Source: a virus (lineage: Duplodnaviria > Caudoviricetes). Taken from it: a stretch of 64,000 nucleotides of DNA. Position numbers and translations under genes: made by a program. How positions within the stretch are numbered: the stretch's first letter is position 1; every line of letters begins with the position of its first letter. The notes under the pieces were generated by a model. The model saw only the letters and a program-made list of their open reading frames with translations, did no database searches and had not been told where the DNA came from. The stretch is taken from IMG/VR virus record IMGVR_UViG_2974729571_000001, positions 29,788 through 93,787 of that record. One strand, given 5' to 3'. Shown piece by piece: positions 9,387 through 20,655 of the stretch.

Positions 9387-10071
9387 TAATGATTTCAATA
9401 TTATGAGTAGCGATTATATACCTAGAGTTGGTGCTTGGTGTATAGATGCTATGAATGAAATGGGTATTCTTCAATATGAAGAAAAAGAAACTACTATTGA
9501 AGTTATTGATAGAGTTGCTTATTTCCCATGTTGTATGAACGCATTTAAAGTGTATGCAGACGGGTGTGAGGTTTCCCCCATAAAGAAAGGGAGCTGTCAT
9601 TGCTCTTCCGGTACTACTGAATACTTCACTCAAGACCGAGAGAAAGCTAGGGAACGAGAAAGTAAGCGTACTGTCGAGATTGACCCCGAAGGTTACGAAG
9701 GAAAGAATTACGTGTATCTTCGGGATGCTAATGCAATCCAATTAAACTTTGATACTGATATTGTTACCGTATCCTATCTTACAGTTAAGACTGTATATAG
9801 TGATACGTTTCATTGTAATATACCTGTTATTCCTAATAACGGTAAACTTATTGAAGCACTTGAATGGTTCTGTATGTGGAAGTTACTAAGTAGAGGAATT
9901 AAACATCAGGTCTATTCTTTACAAGGTTCTATGCCAGTTAATCCATATTTGTTATGGAGAGATTCTCGTGACAGAGCTAGAGCTTCTGTTATTAATGAAA
10001 ATCAAGATGCTAATGCTTATAAAGGTTGGTCGTCATTCTTTTATAATTCAACATTTAGACCTAGAGACTAA
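9340..10071 (+). CDS. Tail tubular/ring protein (P22 gp4-like, Ttub)
   Basis: Probable start ATG 9340 (MNKNLSSIETIIARLDNDF). Conserved position immediately before the muzzle gene. Confidence 0.6.
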   Translation: MNKNLSSIETIIARLDNDFNIMSSDYIPRVGAWCIDAMNEMGILQYEEKETTIEVIDRVAYFPCCMNAFKVYADGCEVSPIKKGSCHCSSGTTEYFTQDREKARERESKRTVEIDPEGYEGKNYVYLRDANAIQLNFDTDIVTVSYLTVKTVYSDTFHCNIPVIPNNGKLIEALEWFCMWKLLSRGIKHQVYSLQGSMPVNPYLLWRDSRDRARASVINENQDANAYKGWSSFFYNSTFRPRD

Positions 10072-13000
10072 TGGAAATAGTTAAAGAACTTAATAAAGAT
10101 GGAGGTTACGAATCTATTAAAAATGGTTCAATGACCCATGCTGTTAATGCTATGGTTTCTCGTGATGGTAATTCTATTCAGAATGAACAATCTATTGAGA
10201 CAATCATAACATTAGAAGAAAACGAAGAGATAGTCGGAGTTATCTCTTGTTCTGATGAAATAGTTATATTTACTAATAATAATAAGATTAGAAGATATAA
10301 AGAATCTACTAAAGATATTACCGAAGTTATTACTAATTGGAATTATCAAGGAGGTAAAGTTATAGGTACTTATACTTATAATGTAAATAATGAATTAATT
10401 GTTGCTATTACTGAACTTAATTCTAATGAAGATGTTCCTTTAAAAATAATCAATCTTAATAAACCTAATTATTTAGAAGGAGGAAATGATATAAAATATA
10501 CATTAGTTCCTAATACACCTAAAGCAAATATTAATAACTGGAAACTTGTATCAGGAAGTTCTATATATAAAGGTATATATAATTTCTTTATAAGATATAA
10601 GCAAGGAAGTGATTATACTGGTTGGTTTCCAATAGGAGCTCCTGTATTAGTATATGATTTTGATAACGAAAGCGTTGTTGAAGATAGTAGTTTCGGCTAT
10701 GACGATAGTAGTGGTAACCTTCCAGTTAATTATAAGATAGGAAACTTCGTATTTAAAGAAAGAACAAATTTAAGTACTGAAAAAGTTAATCTAAATATTG
10801 AGTTAGGATTACAAATAGATAATTCAGGTCTTAATTATACAGCTTATCAAATAGGCTACATAATCAATACTCAAAAAGGAGATACTAAAGTATATAATAC
10901 TTCTGATATAAATATAGGAACTAGTAGAATAACAATAGATGATGTTTATAATGAATCATTTAGTCTTGACGATATTACTAGTTCCTTCTTTAATTTGTAT
11001 AATGTAAAAACTATATGTAACTATAATAATAGATTATATGTGGCAAATTACAAAGAAGAAAATATTAATAGTCTTGTAAGTTCTATTGATACTAGTAATA
11101 TACAAGTTAGAATTAAAGATTTCAGAGGTAATAACGCTATTAAAGTTTATGCTAAAACAAGAAGTGTTGGTTCTTCAATAATTAATAATCCTAGAACCTT
11201 TGATATTGGTAGAGGTTATGTAGTTACTATTAAAGGACGTGCTTACGGAGATGGTACTGAATATAAAGAAGTTACTAGAAAGTTCTTTCTTACTCGTATT
11301 GGTAAGAATAGTTATGGTACTAAATGTCTAATGATTGCATCACAAGACTTTATTAGAGCTTTCTATAAAGATAGTAATTATGATAGCCATTCTACCCCAT
11401 TCTATGTTTCCTATCAAAATGCTAATAATCTATATGAACCAGCAGCTTTCGTAGTTATTAAACCTGATGATGAGAATTGGTATATATTAGAATTTAGTAG
11501 AAATTCTAACCCAGCTGATGTATATCCTAATGAATATTCTGTTATATCATCTTTAGGATTTGTAAGTCATCCTTATGTAAGATATGGACGTACTAATGAT
11601 TTCTTTACTAATACTCCTTATAGTGCTCCTGATATTCAAAGAGATTTTAATAACGATTTCAAAGTAGTATCTATTGAAGAATTTGATTTAAATATGGATA
11701 GTAGAGAAATTGTTGAACCTATGTGGTTCTATTTAGGAGATGTTACTATTGGAGAAAATACTTATAAATTAAAGTATGACCATTATAATCCTACTGACTA
11801 TTATTATTATAGATATGATATGTCTAGTGGTAGTCCAGTAGAAGTTGGTGTAAGGTTAAGAAAATCTTTTCAAACTGCTTATGTAGATTATCCTGAAGTA
11901 ATGCAGGAAATTCGTACTAAGTTTCCTAATTCACAAATAGTTCTTATTACAGAATATGAAACTGTTAATCCTAGTGGTGGTAATGCTGATGAACTTGCTA
12001 AATTTAGAGGTGAGAGTGTTGATGAAAATATAAGAATAGCTTATGATGTATCTAAACATAAATTTATTTTTTCAATTAAAGAAACTAATATAAGAGATGA
12101 TTATTATAAACGTAAATCAGATGCTGTATTAATAACCAATGCTGATGGAGAAACTACTAGATATACAGTAAATGAAATATTTCCTAATATATCTGTTACT
12201 TTCAATAATGAAGATAAATCTACTCAAGATTTAATTAATGAAATCGAAGGTATTCATAAAACTGTATATCGTTGGAAAGAAGATAGAGAACCAACAGAAG
12301 AAGATTTTAATATTAATGAAACTTATACTGTTGATTTCTATGATATAAGTAGTTTATCAGGAAATAAAGGTTCTACTAAAAGTTTTACTGATTTAAAAGC
12401 ATATCCAGTTGGTTATATTAAAGAAACAGTAGAAGAAGGTAATCAAACTATAATAACTGCTGAAAAAGAATTTATGATAGTTATACCTTTTATTGATTAT
12501 CTTAAAACAGTTTCTAATTACGATTATGACGGACATGAAAGATATCACATATATGATAGAGTAAGTGTTGAGAGTACATTAGCATTTGAAGGAATAGTAA
12601 AAGACTTATATATCTGTTTCCAAAAGGATACTAAATTCAATATGGACGGTGTAAGTAATTATAGTGCTTTACTTCTCGATATTCCTACTTTTGGTAGAAG
12701 TGACGCTTTAGCAATAAGTGAAGGAGGTGTTCGTTCTACTGGTAATGAGTTCTTTGCATTAGGTAGTAGTAATCAATATAAAGAACTTCGTGTTGATAAA
12801 CCAGCTGGAGATTATCTTAGTTATGCTTTTGGTTTTGCTTCTCCTAAGATATTAGATAGTCAAACTAAACCAGAAGATACAGAGTTCTATGGAAATATCT
12901 ATAAGCATGCTATTAACTATTGTGTATATAACTTCTTTATTCATTATGTTTTTCCTAACGGCAATATAACTGATGGTGTTCGTATTGCTAATAATATGAC

Positions 13001-15488
13001 TTATTCAGAAACTATTAGTTTAGGTACTGTTAATAAAGGAAATATTCCATTAACCATGGATGTTAATGAAGATACTTTAATATCAGATATTAAAACTAAA
13101 TTTGATTCTTACAAAAGTCAGTATGGAAATATAAATACTACTAATGCACATGAAGTAGTTAATATATTCGATGCTATAAGTAATGTTAGATTTTGTAATA
13201 TATTTCCTAAATATAATGATAGTGGTATTGCTCTTTATAAGAATAACAAAGGAGATAAAATGTTTAGAGGAACTAAGATTGCTGATAGTACTTATGTTCA
13301 ACCAATAGAGTTCTTATTTGATAATATACCAATGAAAGAAGATTTCGTAGGATATTTTATATCTTATGAAAAGACAGAACCTATATTAGTAAGTCAAGGA
13401 GTTCCTGTACGTAGAGATGATGATTTTAATACTGCTTTTAATGAACAGGTTAATAATATTCGTTTCTATTATCCTGAATTTGATATATTAAAGAAAGCTG
13501 GAGTAGGTAATATATTTATTACTCAATCTAGATATACTATGGGTAATGCTCAAAGAGGTCCAATGTTTACTGACTTTTATAATAGTGATGATGCTTACAG
13601 TATGTCTACTCCTGATGATGAATTTGGAGACATTAGAGCTGTTAAAAGTTCTAAGATTATAATGGCAGATAGTAGAGATGACAATAATGCTGGGAGAGAA
13701 GCTGTTGTTAATTTAGTATTAAATAAGTCATTAAAATTAGGGTTACATATAGGAGATGGTAGAGGATATGTTAAAGGTATTCTTCTTAATATAAGTGATA
13801 ATCTATATATGTCAGAAAATAAAAGTCTTATTCCTCTAGGCTATATTAAATACGTTAATCCAAAAGGAGATATTTATAATTATGGGTATGAACAATATTA
13901 TTATAATTATAACTATTATTTCATGACTAGTTCCGTATATGCTTTTAATCGTAATGGTGTGTATTATGATGCTAATGACCCAATACCTAAAAAAGCTACT
14001 GATAATAGTAATCTTTATCCTAAATTTCCTAGAGTACATTATGATAGTCAAAGAGTTGGTAATACTCCTATAAGTAGAATAAAGATTGATGTTTTTTCTT
14101 TATATCCGTTATTTGCTAAAACAATTAAAACTGCTCCTGATGAAAGATATTATACTATTAATACAGATGATAATTCTTTTGTTCAGAATGTTCGTATGAT
14201 TCATATGTTACCTAGTACTATTAATGATACATTTGAAATAAGTACTATGTATCTTGATTATGCAGGTAAGAAGTTTATTAATTATAATGAATTACTATAT
14301 ACTAACTTTATTACTGAATATAGACAAACTATTCGTAGAAGCGATGTTATTAGTGATGAATCAGTAGAAAATAAATGGCGTATATTTAGACCTAATGCCT
14401 ATAAGATAATTAGTGAAAACAAAGGAGACATTATTAATGTTATTGGTATAGGTACTTATCTTATTGCTCATTGTGAACATTCAATGTTTATCTTTAATAG
14501 AGATAATACTCTTTATACTAAAGATAAAGATGTGCAAATGTTAATGCCTGATGCTTTTGATATAGATTATCAAGAAGTATTTACTAGTGAAAAAGGTTAT
14601 GGAGGTCTACAAGATTTTGAAGCCTATGTATGTAATGAAGCCGGTTATATATTCCTAGATAGAAGTAAGAAACGATTATATAGATTTGATGAAAAGAATC
14701 TAAATGATTTAGGTGATGGTGTGCAATCTATATTAGATGAATATCTTACTAGTGATACAAAGATACTAATGGGAATGGATAAAGAGAATAATCGACTAAT
14801 CTGCTCCTTTATGGGGGAAGTTTCAGATTTTACCCTTAGTTATAACTTTGTTACTAATACTTGGATTAGTGTTCATACTTATTTATGTCGAGGATTTTAT
14901 AATACGAAAACTAATTTGTATATTAGTTCCTTCAATAAGAAAAACATTATAGGTAAAATAGGATTTGTAAAACCTTCAAGTTATCTTAGATATACAGATT
15001 TTGAGATACCTGTTGATAAGAATCCGTTCTATGTAGGAGAGAATAACAATACTATGGTAGTCGATGTATTATTTAACCTTGAATACGATACTATTAAAGT
15101 ACTTAACTACATTAGTTACGACTTATATAAAGCAAATGATATTAATTTTGCAGGTAATAAGATATTGTTGTTTAGTAACACTTCTATTAGTAGACTAGAA
15201 GACATTACTGTAAATGAACGTAATACTTTTGATACTGTTAAGCCTTATTATGAACATGGCAAATGGAATTATAATTACTTCCGTAGTGTTCTTAATGAAG
15301 TTGTTACTAGTTATCCAATAGATAGACTTACTGGTAAACTTAATGTCGATGTTGATAAGAAGTATGAACCATTTAAATCCAATCTTATTAACGGTAAATA
15401 TTTAGGTGTACGATTTGTAATTAACGATGGTACAGCTAAAATAGAGATTAAGAAGATTGAATGTTATGTTAATAAATATAGAGAATAA
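10071..15488 (+). CDS. Tail stabilization/muzzle protein (P22 gp10-like, Tstab) with large central insertion
   Basis: 1805 aa, beta-rich. LNKD...NA N-terminus, NNRLYVANY and a C-terminal TLSYN...WISVH pattern typical of this family. Confidence 0.7.
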   Translation: MEIVKELNKDGGYESIKNGSMTHAVNAMVSRDGNSIQNEQSIETIITLEENEEIVGVISCSDEIVIFTNNNKIRRYKESTKDITEVITNWNYQGGKVIGTYTYNVNNELIVAITELNSNEDVPLKIINLNKPNYLEGGNDIKYTLVPNTPKANINNWKLVSGSSIYKGIYNFFIRYKQGSDYTGWFPIGAPVLVYDFDNESVVEDSSFGYDDSSGNLPVNYKIGNFVFKERTNLSTEKVNLNIELGLQIDNSGLNYTAYQIGYIINTQKGDTKVYNTSDINIGTSRITIDDVYNESFSLDDITSSFFNLYNVKTICNYNNRLYVANYKEENINSLVSSIDTSNIQVRIKDFRGNNAIKVYAKTRSVGSSIINNPRTFDIGRGYVVTIKGRAYGDGTEYKEVTRKFFLTRIGKNSYGTKCLMIASQDFIRAFYKDSNYDSHSTPFYVSYQNANNLYEPAAFVVIKPDDENWYILEFSRNSNPADVYPNEYSVISSLGFVSHPYVRYGRTNDFFTNTPYSAPDIQRDFNNDFKVVSIEEFDLNMDSREIVEPMWFYLGDVTIGENTYKLKYDHYNPTDYYYYRYDMSSGSPVEVGVRLRKSFQTAYVDYPEVMQEIRTKFPNSQIVLITEYETVNPSGGNADELAKFRGESVDENIRIAYDVSKHKFIFSIKETNIRDDYYKRKSDAVLITNADGETTRYTVNEIFPNISVTFNNEDKSTQDLINEIEGIHKTVYRWKEDREPTEEDFNINETYTVDFYDISSLSGNKGSTKSFTDLKAYPVGYIKETVEEGNQTIITAEKEFMIVIPFIDYLKTVSNYDYDGHERYHIYDRVSVESTLAFEGIVKDLYICFQKDTKFNMDGVSNYSALLLDIPTFGRSDALAISEGGVRSTGNEFFALGSSNQYKELRVDKPAGDYLSYAFGFASPKILDSQTKPEDTEFYGNIYKHAINYCVYNFFIHYVFPNGNITDGVRIANNMTYSETISLGTVNKGNIPLTMDVNEDTLISDIKTKFDSYKSQYGNINTTNAHEVVNIFDAISNVRFCNIFPKYNDSGIALYKNNKGDKMFRGTKIADSTYVQPIEFLFDNIPMKEDFVGYFISYEKTEPILVSQGVPVRRDDDFNTAFNEQVNNIRFYYPEFDILKKAGVGNIFITQSRYTMGNAQRGPMFTDFYNSDDAYSMSTPDDEFGDIRAVKSSKIIMADSRDDNNAGREAVVNLVLNKSLKLGLHIGDGRGYVKGILLNISDNLYMSENKSLIPLGYIKYVNPKGDIYNYGYEQYYYNYNYYFMTSSVYAFNRNGVYYDANDPIPKKATDNSNLYPKFPRVHYDSQRVGNTPISRIKIDVFSLYPLFAKTIKTAPDERYYTINTDDNSFVQNVRMIHMLPSTINDTFEISTMYLDYAGKKFINYNELLYTNFITEYRQTIRRSDVISDESVENKWRIFRPNAYKIISENKGDIINVIGIGTYLIAHCEHSMFIFNRDNTLYTKDKDVQMLMPDAFDIDYQEVFTSEKGYGGLQDFEAYVCNEAGYIFLDRSKKRLYRFDEKNLNDLGDGVQSILDEYLTSDTKILMGMDKENNRLICSFMGEVSDFTLSYNFVTNTWISVHTYLCRGFYNTKTNLYISSFNKKNIIGKIGFVKPSSYLRYTDFEIPVDKNPFYVGENNNTMVVDVLFNLEYDTIKVLNYISYDLYKANDINFAGNKILLFSNTSISRLEDITVNERNTFDTVKPYYEHGKWNYNYFRSVLNEVVTSYPIDRLTGKLNVDVDKKYEPFKSNLINGKYLGVRFVINDGTAKIEIKKIECYVNKYRE

Positions 15489-17866
15489 TGAAACGTATTA
15501 ATGAACAAAGACCTAAAGCATTTATAGGTGCTGCGATTTCTGTTGGTACTAGTATTGTTAGTGGTATCATAGGTAATCGTAAGAAAAAGAAAGCTGAACA
15601 AGCTGAAAGGCTTAGACAAGAACGGCTTCAAAATCTACAAAACCATCAGGCTTTAGCTAGTGCTCAAAATGAAAGTATGATGTCAGAGGAAGATAGGACA
15701 CAGTTTTTAAGCCAGTATTTATCTAAAGGAGGGAGAGTGAAAACTTCCCCCCGTAAAGAGGTAAAAGCTCGTATCGTTGAAGGCGGTACAGCTATTCCTA
15801 TTAAGAAGGATTCGTTTCTTCTTAAAGGACGTAAACACAATGCTGGTGGAATTGTTATTGACGCTGGTAAAACTGGTGTTGAAGCTGAAGGTGGAGAAGT
15901 AGTACAAATTACTCCTAAACAACTTAAAGTGTTTAGTGCTCAACCTATTCTTAATGGTAATAGTCCTGCTGAACTAGTTCAAAAAGGTGTAGAACCTTCT
16001 AAAGTATTTAATGCTCAAGAATCGTTTAAAGATAAGAATGGTCTTAATGACGATGGTACTAAAAAAAAGAAAGTAATGGGTGGTAAAGATAAATTTGGAA
16101 ATAAATTAGCTGAAAGTAGTAAAAGTCAAATAATGCAAAGGATTCCGAAATATAATAAGTTAAATATTAATAGAGGAACTTTTAATGGAGGTAAAGGAAG
16201 TGGAGGTGGAGCAGGAACTAAGTTTAATTATTCCGACGATATTATTGAAATAAATAAAAAGGATACTATATATGTTCCTATTGAGAGAAATCGTAAATTA
16301 CGTACAACAAATAAAAATACTAAAATGAAAAATGGTGGTATTCGTAAAATTTATCCAAGTCTTTCAGGAAGATATGATGGAATAAATGCAGGAAAAGCTA
16401 TTCGTAGTTTAAGAGAAGCTCGTACTAATTCTAATTATCAATATAATAATGGTAATAATGTTCCTTCTATGCCTTCTCTTAATAGCGAATTAAGACCTAT
16501 TAAAAGAGAAGATGTTAAAAAGGAAATAAGTAAACCTAAGAAGCAATCTTTTAGTTCAGCTTTTGCAGAAGCTCGTAAACAAGGACTTAAAATATTTGAA
16601 TGGAATGGTAAAAAGTATGGTACTCAATTAGCTAACGAAGTAACTAAGAAACCTACTTCTAATAATATTAAACCTAAAACAACTAAAGTTGAACCTAAGG
16701 TTAAAACTATTGAAAAAGAACTTCCCGAAGTAGTTATTACAGCTCCTCGTAAAAAGCAACCTGTTTCTAATAATAGTTCTTCTAATAAGATTGAATCTAA
16801 AGCTAAAACAAATAATATTCCTGAAGTAAATGTAGTAGGTTCTCGTATTTCTAAAATGATTAATGATAATACGTTCGTTCCTGGTCGATATCCAAATAGT
16901 AGTAATAATGTTACTACTCCTAGAGAATCTACTTCTACTTCTTTATACAAAGGAATTAAAAGTATGTTAGGATATCCTAATCGTAAGAAATCAGCTCTTG
17001 GTTCTAAGACAAAACTATTAAAAGATAATTATAATAACTTTGGTTTAGAAAAAGATTATAGTAAAAGTTTTGCTCCAAATGCTTTAACTAAAGCTAATAT
17101 GAATTCTGTTAAAACTAATAGTATAGTTCCAACTAAACCTGTTGGAGCTTCTATTAGTTCTAGTACTAGTCCTTTATCTAAATCAGGAGGTTTTAAGAAC
17201 TTTATGAGTGGAATTGGAGGAGAAGCAATTAGTGCAGGAATAGGAGCTTTAGGAAATATTATTAGTGGTGTTACTAATAAAAACAGTATTAATAATATTC
17301 AAGCTCCTACTAGACCTAGAACTGTTGTTCCTGCAAGAATGAGAACTACATATAATATAAATCCTCAATTAGCAGAAAGTAGAGATTCTGAAAGAAATAT
17401 GGCTAGACTTATTGATTCTAATACTTCTAGTTCTTCGGGAAAGATTGCTCGTATTCAATCTCTTGCTAATCGTGGAGTTCTTGAACGTAATAAATTAAGA
17501 GGAATGAAAGAAAATGTTGAGACTGACCTTCTCAATCGTTCTACTCTTAATCGTCAAGGAGTAGAAGCTGCAAACAATCAAATACTAAATGCTTATGATA
17601 ATGCGGTTACTCAAACAGAAAACGAAAAGATTCAAGCAAGGGCTAATAATCGTACTAATATAATTGAAGGTCTTACTAGTGCGGTTAGAGATTATCAATT
17701 AGGTGTTGATAAGAGACGTTCAGAAGAAAATGCTACTGCTGCTATGATGTCTGCTAATCCTGAACAAATGGAATTATTCTTAAAATTAATGAATAAGAAT
17801 AAGGGTAGACTAAGTAATATACGAAGTACTTTATTCAAATGTGGCGGTAAGAAAAAGATTGCTTAA
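15488..17866 (+). CDS. Virion cargo/ejection protein (C1-like), basic and low-complexity
   Basis: 792 aa following the muzzle gene. Glycine-rich amphipathic segments, HNAGGI...EAEGGE motif, and a SFSSAFAEARKQG...FEWNGKKYGT domain. Confidence 0.6.
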   Translation: MKRINEQRPKAFIGAAISVGTSIVSGIIGNRKKKKAEQAERLRQERLQNLQNHQALASAQNESMMSEEDRTQFLSQYLSKGGRVKTSPRKEVKARIVEGGTAIPIKKDSFLLKGRKHNAGGIVIDAGKTGVEAEGGEVVQITPKQLKVFSAQPILNGNSPAELVQKGVEPSKVFNAQESFKDKNGLNDDGTKKKKVMGGKDKFGNKLAESSKSQIMQRIPKYNKLNINRGTFNGGKGSGGGAGTKFNYSDDIIEINKKDTIYVPIERNRKLRTTNKNTKMKNGGIRKIYPSLSGRYDGINAGKAIRSLREARTNSNYQYNNGNNVPSMPSLNSELRPIKREDVKKEISKPKKQSFSSAFAEARKQGLKIFEWNGKKYGTQLANEVTKKPTSNNIKPKTTKVEPKVKTIEKELPEVVITAPRKKQPVSNNSSSNKIESKAKTNNIPEVNVVGSRISKMINDNTFVPGRYPNSSNNVTTPRESTSTSLYKGIKSMLGYPNRKKSALGSKTKLLKDNYNNFGLEKDYSKSFAPNALTKANMNSVKTNSIVPTKPVGASISSSTSPLSKSGGFKNFMSGIGGEAISAGIGALGNIISGVTNKNSINNIQAPTRPRTVVPARMRTTYNINPQLAESRDSERNMARLIDSNTSSSSGKIARIQSLANRGVLERNKLRGMKENVETDLLNRSTLNRQGVEAANNQILNAYDNAVTQTENEKIQARANNRTNIIEGLTSAVRDYQLGVDKRRSEENATAAMMSANPEQMELFLKLMNKNKGRLSNIRSTLFKCGGKKKIA

Positions 17867-17883
17867 CTATAAATAATATAACT

Positions 17884-20652
17884 ATGCCGATAGATATTAG
17901 AACAGCTGGTTATCAGAAGAGGGAGCGGGTTGCCGCTCCTTTAGATGTTTACAATAGTACGTTAAATACTCTTCAACAGAAGCATGATACTGCTATTGAA
18001 ACTAGTAATCAGATTAAAACATTTCTTGCTAATAAGCAATTAAATGAAGCTGAAAATGAATGGCTCGATAACTATTCAAGAGATATTAATGCTCAAATAG
18101 AAGCTAGTGCACAAGACGGAAGTTATGCCACTGCTTTAACTGCTGCTAAAAGATTAGCAGGAGAAGTAGCTAGTAATCCAGGTCTTATTGGTCGTGAACG
18201 TTATCAACAAGAGTTTAAAAAGTTCCAAGGTGAAGTTACTAATAGTAATGCTTATGATGGTGACGTTAAAGCATACACATTAGAACAAAATAAATATAAT
18301 TATCAAGACCAAATAGATGAAACAGGTAAAGTAATAGGTGGTAATCAGTTCCAACCTAATTATCGTCCTGTTGAACAAATAGATTATAGTGCTTTATATC
18401 AGAAAGTATTATCTACCGTTGGTGTTGATTCTAGTTCTGGTGAACAACTAGTATGGGGAGATGCAGAAGGTAATCTTAAAGATGGTCAAGGTAATATTGC
18501 TGCTGGTGATGTTCCTTATCTTAAAACAGCTAGTGGTGTTCAACAACTATCAGCAGATAAGATTCGTGCTGCATTTGAATCTGCTTTAAATGAAACTCCG
18601 GGTGCTCGTGCTTCTCTAGAACAAGACTATAAAGTAAATGTTTGGAAAGCTAATAAAGGTAATAAGAATAATCTTGTTACTAAGCCTGACGGAACTATTA
18701 TGTCACAGAGAGAATTTGAAGAGAACTTATTTGCACCTAGATATGCTGCTTCTGCTTATCGTAGAGTTGAAAGTAGAATTAATCCTGAATTAGGATTTAA
18801 TATATTAGCTGCTGCTCGTAAAAATTCCGCTAAACCTAAGACTGGTAAAGAACCTGATTTACTTCCTTCTTTGGCTACAATTGGTGGTAAAGAAAAAGTA
18901 GAACCTGATACTCCTGCTAAAGTACAGTCTCAATTAAATACTCTTAATGGACAATTATCTAATATGTTTTCTTCTTATGGAATATCTAAATCTCTTCCTT
19001 TAGATGAAGCATATAGTAAACTACGTTCAGGTATTGCTAATAATGTAACTTTATCTGATACTGCTAAGAAACAATTATTGGATGAAGCTAATACCTATTA
19101 TAGAGGTATAGCTAATGCTAATAATCGTTTAGATGCAATGAAAGGACATCTTACACAAGAAGAACAATATGCTTCGGAGTTCTTAGGTAAGAGATTAAGT
19201 AACGGAGATATGGCAGATACTAATAATCCTATGCAACTAGAATATGCTAATAGAATGAATAAGTTATTTACTGATTCTAAAGGCAATAGTTTCGATACAG
19301 TTCTAGTTAATCCTATTAACGATAGTAGCAAAGCTGCTATTATATCTAAACTTAGAATAGATATGGGATTGACTAATCAAGATGTGTCGTTTAGTAAAAT
19401 AGGAGATAAAGAATATATTCGTATTAGTAAAGACGCTTATATTCGTTTAGCTCCTGAAATAGCAGATGTTCTTAAACTTAGTCCCGTAGGATTTACTACT
19501 GGTAATAATGCTCCTGAAAAATTTACTAGAAACGATGAAGTTTTCTATGGAAATAAAGTATATGGTAGTTTAACTACTATAGCTATTGCAAGTTTTAGAG
19601 CAATAGGACGAGGTGAAATAATTACTGCTAAGAGTACTAAAGATTCTCCTGCTTACGTATATGAAAAAGCTGCACAAATGTCTAATGCTGCAACTAAACG
19701 TATATCTAAATCATTACCACCTAGTTATGTTGATGTTAATGTATTTGATTTACCTCCTCATATAGTTGCTACTGGTCAAGGATTTGAAGATGACCAATTA
19801 AAGAACTACAATGAAAGAGTAATGAATATGATTAGTATTGCTAATCCTGGAAGTATTGTTATTAAGAAACGTAATGCCGAAGGAGTTCTTGAACCTGTTG
19901 AAGATAGTAGAGAACGTGATGCTATTATGCAAACTATTCAAGCACAAGTTAAGAAGAAAAATATTAATAATGGTTGGTGTAGTTCTGCTTCTACTGGTGA
20001 ATATGGAGTATTCTTAAATATTCCTTATACTCCTAAAACTGGAAAGAATAGTGCTAAGAATCCTGATTTTGAAATGGAAGAAAGAATACAAAATGCAGTA
20101 GCCGGAGACTATATGATTACAGGTGCTATCCTTAATGATGAAATAGAAAGATTCAAATCTTTACCTGCTGTTAAAGCAATGGACACTCTTAATTCTATTA
20201 AGTATAATAACGCACTTAAAAGGAATTATCGTTTATCTGATGCTGAATTTGGAGATGGAACATATTCTGCTGTTACTGATGGCGGTAGTTTCTATCAGAT
20301 ATTAGATGCTAATGATGAACCGGTAATTAAGATTACAGAAGGTGAGTTATTTCAACGTATGTTTCAGAATAATCAAGCTAATGCTATTCTTGCTCCTGTT
20401 AAAGAGGATATAAATCTTATTAGTGCAAGGAATGGTTCTATTGCAAATTCCCCCATAGAGGAGCTGCAAGTTATTGCTCGTCCTCTCATGCAGAAGGCTA
20501 TGATTATGGCAGGTGCTACTGGTAATCTTAGAGAACTAGATATTGATACTAAGAGACAAGTATTCCAGTTCTTTAATAGAATGTATTCAGGACTTACTGG
20601 TGAATCGCCTAGTCAAGTGATACTTAATCAAATGAACGATTTAATGAACTAA
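17884..20652 (+). CDS. Virion ejection protein / RNAP-associated subunit 1
   Basis: 922 aa; first of the three giant genes typical of Crassvirales. Confidence 0.65.
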   Translation: MPIDIRTAGYQKRERVAAPLDVYNSTLNTLQQKHDTAIETSNQIKTFLANKQLNEAENEWLDNYSRDINAQIEASAQDGSYATALTAAKRLAGEVASNPGLIGRERYQQEFKKFQGEVTNSNAYDGDVKAYTLEQNKYNYQDQIDETGKVIGGNQFQPNYRPVEQIDYSALYQKVLSTVGVDSSSGEQLVWGDAEGNLKDGQGNIAAGDVPYLKTASGVQQLSADKIRAAFESALNETPGARASLEQDYKVNVWKANKGNKNNLVTKPDGTIMSQREFEENLFAPRYAASAYRRVESRINPELGFNILAAARKNSAKPKTGKEPDLLPSLATIGGKEKVEPDTPAKVQSQLNTLNGQLSNMFSSYGISKSLPLDEAYSKLRSGIANNVTLSDTAKKQLLDEANTYYRGIANANNRLDAMKGHLTQEEQYASEFLGKRLSNGDMADTNNPMQLEYANRMNKLFTDSKGNSFDTVLVNPINDSSKAAIISKLRIDMGLTNQDVSFSKIGDKEYIRISKDAYIRLAPEIADVLKLSPVGFTTGNNAPEKFTRNDEVFYGNKVYGSLTTIAIASFRAIGRGEIITAKSTKDSPAYVYEKAAQMSNAATKRISKSLPPSYVDVNVFDLPPHIVATGQGFEDDQLKNYNERVMNMISIANPGSIVIKKRNAEGVLEPVEDSRERDAIMQTIQAQVKKKNINNGWCSSASTGEYGVFLNIPYTPKTGKNSAKNPDFEMEERIQNAVAGDYMITGAILNDEIERFKSLPAVKAMDTLNSIKYNNALKRNYRLSDAEFGDGTYSAVTDGGSFYQILDANDEPVIKITEGELFQRMFQNNQANAILAPVKEDINLISARNGSIANSPIEELQVIARPLMQKAMIMAGATGNLRELDIDTKRQVFQFFNRMYSGLTGESPSQVILNQMNDLMN

Positions 20653-20655
20653 GTT

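Noticed and set aside
16061-16068. A8 tract as a phase-variation or frameshift site
   Set aside because: It encodes a Lys run in an intact frame, which is expected in an AT-rich basic protein.
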